Position numbers and translations under genes: made by a program | Origin: the human T2T-CHM13v2.0 reference genome, Homo sapiens | Reading direction: 5' to 3' (one strand) | NCBI RefSeq assembly: GCF_009914755.1 | Contig: NC_060933.1 | DNA: 64,000 bases | Part shown: positions 14,594-32,345 of the stretch, one piece after another | Numbering within the stretch: position 1 is the first letter of the stretch | Layout of the letters: each line of letters begins with the position of its first letter | The notes under the pieces: generated by a model | Database searches by the model: none | Told to the model about the DNA's origin: nothing | What the model saw: only the letters and a program-made list of their open reading frames with translations

Positions 14594-16109
14594 TGAGTCT
14601 TTGATTTGCAGATTTAGGAGGTTGAAAATTTGGGTCCTTCTCAGGATAGATCAAAATTGAATTCCCTCTGGACACAGGGCTGAGCCCAGCACGGACGAAT
14701 TTTCTTCAACAAGTGGTGCTGAGAGTGGCAGGTTAGGTGGAAGACAGAGAGGAAATATCCTAGAACTCCTGCCTGAAGGTGTCCCCTACCCCCACCCCCT
14801 CACCGCCTCCACCCTATAACCAACAACACTTCATTTCCAACAAAATATGAACCGAGAAAGAGTGTTGGACACATACAGTAATGAAAATCCATGATTCATC
14901 TGTGCATTCATAATTATTTCATAAATAAATGGCTTCTGGAGAGGCGCATCTGTCTCTCGCCACCACGTGCGTGCCTTTCATTAATGTATCCCGGCCTACG
15001 TGGAGCTAGCCCGAGAGCTCCACTCAAGTCCTCCTCCTCCTCTCCATCACTGTCCACCAGGAGGTTTTTGTGGTTCAGAAAGAGCTGCAAGCCCCACACT
15101 TCTCTGCAAGATTGATGGCTCGTCAATAACATTAGCCAGCATTACGGGCCGCATCGGGCTAAGCAGAATCAATACGGCCAAGTAAAAAGTCTAATAAGTT
15201 GACATGGCCATCCTCGGCAGGGCTCACATTACAAGAAATGAGTTTTCTTAAGGAATCAGCATCAGGGCTGCTTAGATGCCCGCACCCAGATGTCCTGACT
15301 AAGATTTACAGTCTTTAGTTCAGTTGGTTGGAATGGGACCAGCTGCGAAAAGTAAAATGGTGACTGGGGTTAACTACAAAGTAAAGAGGGCACCTGGGGC
15401 ACTCTGCTGATAGTGAGGGGCGTGCTTGGGGATCCCTTCCTGTGATATGTGACAGTCTTCCCCATGAGCCGGCCACTCTTCACTGCTGACCACACCTCTC
15501 CCATCTCCAGGAGTAAGCCCCTGGTGAATAATGGGTGGTAGCTCCTTCTCCAGGGAGGCTGCTTAGCACCCTGGATGGCCACGGTCCCCTCAGAGGCTTC
15601 ATGGAGGGCCCCTCCTCACCTCCTGTCACCCAGAGTCACCATAGCTGGAGCAGTCGGCAGGATGCAGCAGAGAGTTCACTTTTACTAACTCAGCTGCTCA
15701 GCTCTTCTCATACATCCAGCTGTCTGAGGGAAGCCCTGTGCAGTCATGCGAGGTGAAAGCATTAGCAAGAGCCTTTGCATAGGCTCAGCCACTTTGGAGC
15801 TAATGCACCAGAGCCAGGTTCCTCCACATATTTCCATCTTCCTTTTCAAGGAGAAGCCCAAGGGAATAAAGCCTTCAAGAGAATCCAAGCAGTCACTGGA
15901 GAGCGCTCACATAGTTCATCTTACCTCTCATAAGCTCAGACAAGTCTTTCGACCCCAAGTTCACAAGCATAGATCAAGGGCCCAATGAACAATGTGGATG
16001 ATTCAAAGTAGTAAGAGATGGCCTCTGTCCTCATATTGCTGGTGGAGGAAGGGGAGGCCACAGGCAAGTGCAAAAAACGCCATTATATCAAGCAGGCTGT
16101 TGATAGGGT

Positions 16110-17245
16110 CCTTCAGTCATTCAGATACACAAGTATATTGATGCCCTACTGTGTGCCTGGCATTTTGAAGTGCTGGAGTATGGCAGTGACTAAAACAGAC
16201 CAACCCGCTGCACTCAGGGAGCTTATACTCTTGTGAGGGTAGGTAGCAAACAATGAACAATTAAGCAAGTGGCATATTGTTTCAGAAAAACTCTATGAAG
16301 GAAAATAGAGCAGGTGAGGGAGATGGAAGAGGAGTTGCTGCTTTGAATAGGGATGGTCGTCAAAGGCCTCAGTGAGGGGGCAAATATGAGCAAAAACGTG
16401 GACCTAAGCAGAGGAGACAAAGTACAATGTCTTGTGGCAGGCAGACATTTCACTGGTGTGTTCAAGGAAGAGCCAGAGGCCAACGTGACTGGGCCCAGAG
16501 CAGGAGAGAAAGGCAGAGACAGCACTGGGAGACAGCCAGGGCCCATAGCCTTGAGAACCTTGCAAGCCAGAAGGAGGGTAGATTTCATTCTGCATATGGC
16601 AGGAGGCCTTCAGAGGGGTTCTGAGTCGGGGAATGACATGCACATGCTTTTGTTTTATCGGAGCCCTCTGGCTGCTCTATGGAGAATAGGACAGGAGAAT
16701 GTAGGTGGGGACGAGGGGCTAAGAGATATGGATTCAGCAGAAGAGAGAATGCTAAGAAGTAGTAGGGTCCTGGGTGCATTTGGAGGTACAGCCAAAAAAT
16801 TTTTTTCTAGAGTGGATGAGGATGTGAAGGAGATAAGTCAAGGATGAGGCCAATGTTTTTCACCTGAGCAAGTGTATGAATGCTGGCTCCTTTTCCTCAG
16901 ATGGGGAAAGGGTTGGGCAGGTGAAACCCGGAGATCATTTAGGACACATTGTGCTTGAGACGCCTATTAGTATCCAAGCAAAGACTAGAGGAGGGGGTTA
17001 ACTATTCAAGCCTAAAGTTCAGGGAGAGTTGTAGGCTGAGGAGATAAGTTAGGAAGACATCTGCATATTGATCTCATGGTGTTTAACGTCATGTTCTTGG
17101 ATGAGATTGCATAGGGAGCGAGTGTGGAAAGAGCAGAGAAAAAATCAGGACTCTGCTTTTCAACCCACCAGCATTTAGAGGATGGAAAGATATGGAGGAC
17201 CCAGCAGAGAAGACAGAGGGCGGTCAATGAGGTGGTGAGAGTTTG
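16110..17245 (-). mobile_element. L2 LINE (L2a-like), 3' ~1.1 kb
   Basis: cctactgtgtgcctggca...ggagcttatactc...gtcaaggatgaggcc...ctgagcaa...ggatgagattgcataggga. Confidence 0.8.
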
Positions 17246-18421
17246 AACAAATCTCAGCGAGATCACTCAGGAGGGTAATTCATTCTACCTGGAGGTGGCA
17301 GGAGTTGAATATAAACCCTGAAGGACAAGACAACTGTAACAGCTGGATGGGGGTGGGAGGAGCGAAGGTTACCCAGGGAAAGTGAGAATGGGGGAGTCAG
17401 GGCAGAAAGAACAGCAGGAAGAGAGAGTGTGGGGGAAATGGCTGGGTCTGTCTAAGAAATGTCAGGATGTCCAGATAGGCTGACACAGGGAGTGCATGGG
17501 GGGCAGAGCAGGGGTCAAGAGAACAGCCATGAATAGTAGTTGGAGCCAGATCCTGAGAGAACGTGAATGACTGGATGTGATGGGGAGATGACGGCAAGTT
17601 GCATCCAAACCATTCATCAGCCATCACAGAACACAGAAACCACAGCATCCCCCAGTCTACTTAACAGATACCATGAGATCTCTGAACTAAGGTGCCCTCT
17701 ACCCTGTGGCAAATAACATCCACCATCCCCATCCTTGCCATTTAACTAGGACCAAGGGAGATGTTTATGTGATTCCATTACATCTAAGCTCTTGAAAACA
17801 TAAGAAAAAGTTAAATTGCCAACTGTATAGAACAATTCTAGTTTCTCTATTTGCACGTGTCCCTTCAACAAAACTGACCTAAAGCCTCTTTTAAAAATCT
17901 GATGCATTTGCCTGATTTATTCGATAAAACAAGGATGAACATATTGTTTTTCCTTTCCTTCAAATATCTACATTGATTTTGTTGTACATTCATCTTGTGT
18001 TGTATTTTGAAGACCCAATGATTGTCAGTTCTGCAATAGCTTTGGCCCAAAGTAATAATGTTCTGATGCTTGAAAAGACCTTGTTGCTTCCTGTGGGGAA
18101 AACGAAGGCTTATGGAACAATGTCCCTGGGGACTTAAAAATCCATCAGGGATCAGGAGAGAGCACACATAAAATAAGGTGGTACATGCACCACAGGCAGT
18201 AAATGCTCTAGAAAGAAGAGCCTCGAGGAGGGAGAGGTCACCAGAGCAGAGTGGCTGGGAAAGCAAAGCAAGAAAACCCAGAGGACCAGCACTGGAGAGG
18301 AGGCATGACGGCGGTGCTGAGTGCTGGACCAGTCAGGAGGCCAGGTGAGTGCTTTACAGAGAGTATTTTTTTTTAACCCTAGAACAACTCCATGAGGTAA
18401 ATATTATTTACCTTCATTTTA

Positions 18422-18735
<314 letters not shown>

Positions 18736-19309
18736 AAAAAGCAAAACAGGCTCAGGAAAGTTAAGTTCTTGCCAGTCGAAGTTTAACTGTATGAGGGAGA
18801 GGCAGGCACCCACTGCTCCCCAAATCTTAATCATTTACTCCCCTAGCTTATCCTAGAGAAGAACTGGCTGGAGCAAGCTGACGCAGGAATGAGAAGGAAG
18901 GGACAAATAACTTGAAAGGACCATCAAGGTTGGAGGCCTTGGGCCCTGTAGGCACCAGGTTAAGCTTTGACACAGAATGTGGCCGCTTTTCCATTACAAA
19001 GAGTGGCACAGTCTAAGAATAAACCCCAGGCAGAACTTCAGCAGACCAAACATATGCTGACCCCCACAAAACAGGGCCATCAATGACCCATACAGGACCT
19101 TCATACTGAAATTAACACATCTACCTATAGGAGAAACACAACACTGCCCTCTCCTCAAGTCTATTTCCATCAGAAAGTGTTCAGACAACTTTCTTTTAGA
19201 ATGAGATATTTTATTGTCAGGGGCCAGAAAATTGTGGTAATCAATATATACCTCCATTATGCCTATAGTGTGAATGACACCTCTTAGATAAGACACCCTT
19301 GTTCAGAGC

Positions 19310-20524
19310 GCAAAACACTGCTGAAAGCAATCATACACAACACAAACAAGTGGAAAAATATCCCATGCTCATGGATTGGAAGAATCAATATCATGAAAAT
19401 GACCATACCGCCCAAAGCAATCTACAGATTCAATGCAATTCCCATCAAAACACCAACATTATTTTTCACAGAATTAGAAAATAAAAATATAAACGGTACC
19501 TAATTAAACTCAAAATTTTCTGCACAACAAAATTAATTGTCAGAGTAAACAGACAACCTACAGAATGGGAGAAAATATTTGCACATTTTGCATCTGACAA
19601 AGTACTAATATCCACAATCTATAAAGAATTCAAACAAATCAGCAAGGGAAAAAACAACTAATCCCATTTAAAAGTGGGCAAAGGACATTAATAGACATTT
19701 CTCAAAGGGTGATATACAAATGTTCAACAAACATATTTTTAAAATGCTCAGTATCACTAATCATCAGGGAAATGCAAATGAAAAGCACAATGAGATACTA
19801 CCTTACCCCAACCAGAATGGTCATTATTAAAAAGCCAGAAAACAGTAGGTATTGGCATGGATGTGGTGAAAAAGGAATGCTTCTACACTGCTGGTAGGAA
19901 TGTAAATTGGTACCACCTCTATGGAAAACAGTAGAGAGATTTCTCAAAGAACTAAAAGTAGATTTACCATTCAATCTAGCAATCCCACTACTGGGCATCT
20001 ACTCAAAGGAAAAGAAGTCATATCACAAAGACACCTGTACACATGTTTATTGCAGCACAATTCACAGTTGCAAAGACACGGAACTAAGTGTCCATCAACC
20101 AATGAACGGATAAAGAAAATGTGGTATATACCCACACACGCACGCACACACACAAAAACACACCATGGAATACTATTCAGCCATAAAAAAGAATGAAATA
20201 ATGTCTTTTGCGGCAACTTAGATGAAACTGAAGGTCATTATTCTAAGTGAAGTAACTCAGGAATAAAAAATCAGATACCACATGTTCTCACTTATAAGTG
20301 GAAGCTAAGCTGTAGGTACACAAAGGCATACAGAGTGATATAATGAACATTGAAGACTCAGAGGTGGGGAGAGTGAAAGGGAGGTAGGGGATGAAAAACA
20401 ACACCTCTTCTGTACAACATAACAGTACTTGGGTGACAGTTGCACTATAATCCTAGACTTCACCACTATCCAAGTCACCATGTAACCAAAACCACTTGTA
20501 CTCCCTCAAAACTATTGAAATAAA
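19310..20524 (+). mobile_element. L1PB-like, 5'-truncated, with internal deletion
   Basis: ORF2 C-terminal remnants plus 3' UTR gctaagctg...aaaggcatacagagtgatataatg...gacttcaccactat...ctattgaaataaa. Confidence 0.85.
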
Positions 20525-20629
20525 TTATATATGTAGATATAGATCATATAACCAATGTATATATAACCTGTATACATATAACTTTTATATAATATATATA
20601 TCAGTTCACATAATTATTGTTTAATCTTG

Positions 20630-21980
<1,351 letters not shown>

Positions 21981-21998
21981 TAAAAATGTTAAATTTCT

Positions 21999-24900
21999 TC
22001 TTTCCTTTTTATTTCTAAAAAAAAAACTGGATACATGTGCAGAATGTGCAGGTTTGTTACATAGGTATACATATGCCATGGTGATTTGCTGCACCTATTA
22101 CCACATCCTCTAAGTTCCCTCCCCTCACCCCCCATTCCCCAACAGGCCCTGGCATGTGTGCTTTTCCCCTCCCTGTGTCCATGCGTTCTAAATGTTCAAC
22201 TCCCACTTAGAAGTGAGAACATGCGGTGTTTGGTTTTCTGTTTCTATGTTAGTTTGCTAAGGATGAGGGCTTCCAGCTTCATCCGTGTCCCTGCAAAGGA
22301 CATGATCTTACTCCTTTTTATGGCTGTGTAGTATTCCATGGTATATGTACCTCGTTTTCTTTATCCAGTCTATCATTGATGGGCATTTGGGTTGGTTCCA
22401 AGTCTTTGCTATGGTAAATAGTGCTGCAATGAACATACATGTCCATGGGTCTTTATAGTAGAATGATTTATATTCCTTTGTGTATACACCCCGTAATGGG
22501 ATTGCTGGGTCAAATGGTATTTCTTGTTCTAGATCCTTGAGGATTCACTATACTGTCTTCCACAATGGTTGAACTAATTTACATTCCCACCAACAGTGTA
22601 AAAGCATTCCTATTTCTCCACAGCCTCACCAGCATCTATTGTTTCCTGAATTTTTAATAATCACCATTCTGACTGGTGTGAGATAGTATCTCATTGTGGT
22701 TTTGATTTGCATGTCTCTGATAGCCAGTGACATTGAGCTTTTTTTCATGTTTGTTGGCTGCATAAATGTCTTCTTGTGAGAAGTGTCTGTTCATATCCTT
22801 AACCTACTTTTTGATGGGGTTGTTTTTTCTTGTAAATATGTTTAAGTTCCTTGTAAATTCTGGATATTAGACCTTTATCAGATGGATAGATTGCAAAAAT
22901 TTTCTCCTTTTCTGTAGGTTGGCTGTTTACTCTGATGATAGTTTCTTTTGCTGTACAGAAGCTCTTTAGTTTAAATAGATCCCATTTGTCAATTTTGGCT
23001 ATTGTTGCAATTGCATTTGGTGTTTTTGTCATTAAGTCTTTGCCCATGCCTATGTCCTGAATGGTATTGCCTAGGTTTTCTTCTAGGCTTTTTATGGTTT
23101 TGGTTTTTACATTTAAGTCTTTAATCCATCTTGACTTAATTTTTGTATAAGGTATAAGAAAGGGGTCCAGTTTCAGTTTTCTGCGTATGGCTAGCCAGTT
23201 TTCCCAACACCATTTATTAAATAGGGAATCTTTTCCCCATTGCTGTTTTTGTTCAGGTTTGTCAAAGATCAGATGGTTGTAGATGTGTGGTGTTATTTCT
23301 GAGGTCTCTGTTCTGCTCCATTGGTCCATATGTCTGTTTTTGTACCAGTACCATGCTGTTTTGGTTACTGTAGTCTTATAGTATAGTTTGAAGCCAGAGA
23401 GTGTGATGCCTCCGGCTTTATTCTTTTTGATTAGGATTGTCCTGGCTATATGGGGTCTTCTTTGATTCCATATGAAATTTAAAATAGTTTTCTTCTAATG
23501 CTGTGAAGAAAGTCAATGTTCGTTTGATGGGAATAGCACTGAATTTATAAATTTCTTTGGGCAGTATGACCAATTTCATGATATTGATTCTTCTTATCCA
23601 TGAGGATGAAATGTTTTTCCATTTGTTTGTGTCCTCTCTTATTTCCTTGAGCAGTGGTTTGTAGTTCTCCTTGAAGAGGTCCTTCACATTCCTTGCTAAC
23701 TGTATTCCTAGATATTTTATTCTCTTTGCAGCAATTGTGAATGGGAGTTCTTTCATGATTTGGCTCTCTGCTTCCCTGTTGTTGGTTTAAAAGAATGCTT
23801 GTGATTTCTGCACATTGATTTTGTATCCTGAGACTTTGCTGAAGATGCTTATCAGTTCAAGAAGTTTTGGGGCTGACATGATGGAGTTTTCTAAATATAA
23901 AATCATGTCATCTGCCAACAGAGACAAAGTGACTTCCTCTCTTCCTACTTGAATACCCTTTATTTCTTTCTCTTGCCTGATTGCCCTGGCCAGAACTTCC
24001 AATACTATATTGAATAGGAGTGGTGAGAGAGGGCATCCTTGTCTTGTACCAGTTTTCAAAGGGAATACTTTCAGCTTTTGCCCATTCCATATGATATTGG
24101 CTGTGGGTTTGTCATAAATAGCTCATTATTTTGAAATACATTCTATCAATACCTAGTTTATTGAGAGTTTTTAACATGAAGGAATGTTGAATTTTATCAA
24201 AGGCCTTCTCTGCATCTACTGAGATAATCATGTGGTTTTTGTCTTTGGTTCTGTTTACGTGATGGATTACGTTTATTGATTTGCATATGTTGAATGAGCC
24301 TTGCATCCCAGGAATAAAGCTGACTTGATCGTGGTGGGTAAGGTTTTTGATGTGGGGCTGGATTTGGTTTTCTAGTATTTTATTGAGGATTTTCACATTG
24401 ATGTTCATGGGAGATGTTGGCCTGAATTTTTCTTTTTTTGTTGTGTCTCTTCCTGGTTTTGGTATCAGGATGATGCCGACTTCATAAAATGAGTTAGGGA
24501 GGAGTCCCTCCCTTTTCAGAAGGAATGGTACCAGCTCCTCTTTGTTTTTCTGGTAGAATTCAGCTGTGAATCTGTCTGGTCCTGGGCTTTTTTTTGGTTG
24601 GTAGGTTATTAATTACTGCTTCAATTTCAGAGCTTGTTATTGGTCTATTCAGGGATTCAACTTCCTCCTGATTTAGCCATGGTAGGGTACATGCATCCAG
24701 GAATTTATCCATTTCATCTAGATTTCCTAGTTTATTTGTGTAGACGTGTTTATACTATTCTCTGATGGGAGTTTGTATTTCTGTGGGGTCAGTGGTGATA
24801 TCCCTTTTATAAATTTTTTGTTGTCTATTTGATTCTTCTCTCTCTTATTAGTCTAGCTAGCAGTCTATCTATTATGTTAATTAAAAAAAACAGCTCCTGG

Positions 24901-25098
24901 ATTCGTTGATTTTTTGCAGGGTTTTTCGTGTCTCTGTCTCCTTCAATTCTTCTTTTACCTTAGTTATTCCTTGTTGTCTGCTAGATTTTAGATTAATTTG
25001 CTCTTGCCTCCCTTGCTCTTTTAATTGTGATGTTAGGGTGTCAATTTGAGATCTTTCTAACTTTCTGATGTGGACATTTAGTGCTATAAAGTTCCCTC
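21999..25098 (-). mobile_element. L1PA (L1PA8-like), 5'-truncated 3.1 kb, ORF2 disrupted
   Basis: ORF2 RT and C-terminal fragments ([15 protein letters not shown]) broken by stops and frameshifts; TSD aaaaat(aa)gttaaatttct at 21982-21998 and 25099-25117. Confidence 0.92.
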
Positions 25099-25209
25099 AA
25101 AAATAAGTTAAATTTCTATGCATTAACGTAGAAGGAAATGTTATTAATATATAATTATATAAAAATAAAATACAGTTTTTATGGAAATCTGCATGGTACA
25201 GTACCATTT

Positions 25210-29352
<4,143 letters not shown>

Positions 29353-29399
29353 TGTCTTCAAGATATTCCAGGAATTGTCTTCAAGACAATCCAGGGAAT

Positions 29400-29785
29400 C
29401 TGTGAGGTCCTGCCTTTTCCAATTATGTCTCTGTATGAGACTGAATTTTCAACTAAAACATCGCACCAGTCTGAACACAAAAGCAGATACGAGAATCCCG
29501 CTGTCTTCTATCGATCCAGACACTAAAGACATTTGTAAATATGTCAAATAATATCTCATTAGTATTTTGTGTTAGAAAACATGTTAGTTTTCCATAAAAC
29601 ATGTTATTTATGCTGGCATAGAATGAGCTTATTATTGCTATTTTTAAGAGAAATATTTTTTAAATTCTAAGTTTTAATTTTTATGTATAAAACATTGATA
29701 GATGTAACCCACATAAACAAAAATTACTTGGTGTCCTCAATAAAATTGAAGAGTGCAAAGAGGTCCTGACACTAAAATGTTCAAC
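29400..29785 (+). mobile_element. Charlie1/MER33-family hAT transposon, 3' fragment
   Basis: gcagatacgagaatcccgctgtcttctat...aacccacataaacaaaa...gtcctcaataa...ggtcctgacac. Confidence 0.75.
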
Positions 29786-29791
29786 TTAGAA

Positions 29792-30013
29792 TAAGGGGTC
29801 AGCAAACTATGGCCCTTGGGCAAAATCCAGCCCACCACCTTTTTTTTGAAATAAAGTTTTGGGTTTTTAAAACATTGTTATACTCATGCATTAATATATT
29901 GCCTACAGCTGCCTTTACACTAGTAGCAGTGAGTAGTGGTGACAAATCCTATATGGCCACAAAGCCTAAAACATTTACCATCTGGCCCTTTAACAAAACA
30001 ATTGCCAACCTTG
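29792..30013 (+). mobile_element. MER58A-like hAT MITE
   Basis: TIRs aggggtcagcaaact...ttgccaaccttg; imperfect 8-bp TSD acttagaa/acttaggc. Confidence 0.8.
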
Positions 30014-31149
30014 ACTTAGGCCATCATGATTCATCACTTGGGAATCAGTTCAAAAGATGAATCTGATGAAGTCTGATTTTTTTCTACCCTGGAAAGAAAA
30101 ATCAAAATAAATTTTAATCTATTTTCTATATAGGTCTGTATCCATTCAGAAACAAAAAATCAGGGTTCTGTTAGCTGTGAACAAGGCAGACCTAACAACC
30201 TCTGTCCCCATGAAACTTATTTTCCTGTTGGGAGTAGAGGGTAGAGGACAATCAATAAGTCAGTGTTGTGTTCCCAGCAGCCAGGACAGTGCCCAGCACA
30301 GAACATACTCAGAAGACACTGTTCGATTCTTGTCATGAGGAGTTTAGCAATCTGAGTTTCCTCTCAGCTTTAGTGGGCAGAATTTTCTAACATGTTTCTG
30401 ATTCTAGTTCCCACTTCTGCAAGTAGCAATCTCCATGGACTTTTACAGTCTCTCTGTAATGCTGATCAATTATGATGAAACTCCTGCCAGGCATTCTTCC
30501 AGAAGGATTTCAGCAGCATTAACCTCTAATGAAACAATCTTTGCGGCACCAGGGTGGGACTATTTCCCCACTTCCATGTTGAAACTGACAGAACGAATTG
30601 TGTCTTAGAGACTCTCAAACACTAATGTCCCCTTTGACTATCTAAGCTGTTGAGCATATTTTAAATGGCTACTCTGCTTAAACCACACTGGCCCAGGGGA
30701 GTCTAACCTCTGCCCAATGTTGATAGTCAAAATATTTAGCAACCAATATGGCCTAGCATGGAAGCCAGCTCCAACAACCCTATGGCCATACTGATGCCCC
30801 CAAGCCGAAAATGAGCCCTGCCTCCATGGTCTACCGGGAATGGCTTCCTGAATTCCTCTTTTGGGGGTGTTGAATAAGGTTTCTCATATTATGAAACCAC
30901 TATTTTCTAGATTCTTTGCAGTCCACTAAAAGAGAAAAGCCATTCTTCTGGAGATTATGCTATCTGGAAATGTCCTGTGGTCACGTCCTGACAAGACCTT
31001 TGGAGAAGGCATCAAAGCAGCATGTGTTAGTCTTCCCTGCCTAACCCAGCTAGAAGTCATGCCAAGGAAGAGAAAGCACGTGGCCCAGAGAGACCAGCAG
31101 GAGGCAGGAGGATCTTAATGCAGCTCTAGCTCTTATGACCCCAGGTGAG

Positions 31150-31530
31150 TGTTACATTTAGGCTTGGCTAGACTATCGTCCCCAGGTTATTCAATCAAAC
31201 ACTAGTCTAAGTGTTACTGTGAAGGTATTTTGTCAATGTGATTAAAATCTATAATCAGTTTAATTAAGGAAGATTATCCTAGATTATCTGAGTGGGCTTG
31301 ATTCAATCCATTGAAAGGTTTAGGAATAGAACTAAGGCTTCCTTGAAGAAGAAATTCCACCTGTGGGGCAGGTGAGATTTCCAGCCTGATCTTCCTGCCC
31401 TGCCGATTTCAGATTTGTCTAGCTAGCTTCCCACAACTGTGTAAGGCAATTCCTTGCAATAAATTCTGATCTATATATTCTACATATATCTGTATGTATA
31501 TCCATATATCTGTCTAGCTATCTAGCTAGC
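31150..31530 (+). mobile_element. MLT2 (ERVL) LTR, MLT2D-like
   Basis: ttattcaatcaaacactagtcta...ctgtgaaggtattttg...caattccttgcaataaat followed by TA-rich tail. Confidence 0.75.
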
Positions 31531-31764
31531 TATGATTTGAATGTGAAATGACGGACAAGAGAGGAAGTGTTCCAGGCCAGGATTTGCTGATGCCTGCCCA
31601 TTCCAGGGAACCTCTTCTCCTCATGGGACTTTTGGAACTAGCTCTCCACTCACTAAGGAAAATGCATACTCTGTTGTCCCTGAGCTTCCTGCATCATCAT
31701 AGCCATGGTGATGCCAAAAAGCAACAAGTGTAGAATGAGAATGAGCAATTTCATTTTTTTTTTT

Positions 31765-32345
31765 TTTCATTCAGCCAGTATTTCCTGTGTGCTACTCTGA
31801 GTCAGGCGCTGTGCTACATCAAGCATACAGCAGTGAATGAAGGAAACGGGCCTCCTGCCCTCTTGGAGCTTGTCATCTAGTGGAAGAGGCAGGCATGTCA
31901 ATGAGTAATTCAGTGAGAATACATGGGGCTTTCATGGGGTCCCAGCAGGCTGCTGAGGAAGCACAAGGGAGGGGCACCCAACTCAAGCAGGAGGGCTCAG
32001 GGAAGGAAGGCTTCACTTAAGATGCAAGAGCCAAGTCAAGCCCTGAAGTCAGCCAGGTGAGGCTCACCAAGGGGTGCAGGGAGGAAATTCTAAGCACAGG
32101 GAAGAGTACACATAACCCACAGGTGGGCACCACAGAACATGAGACTGCCCGGGAACTTAAAGAAGGCCAATATGATGAAATGCAGAGTGCAAAGTGTAGA
32201 GATTAGAAAAGATCAGTCACCCCTTTTTGTACACACTGGTAAGGAGCTTTACACTTTATCCTAAACGGGACCCCCTTAACATATTTTTTAAAGCAGGGGA
32301 GTGACAAGGTAAAGTCTGTATTTTTGAAGTGTCAGCATGAGAAAG
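31765..32345 (-). mobile_element. L2 LINE 3' fragment
   Basis: ttcattcagccagtatttc...ctactctgagtcaggcgctgtgct...tggagcttgtcatctagtgg. Confidence 0.7.
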
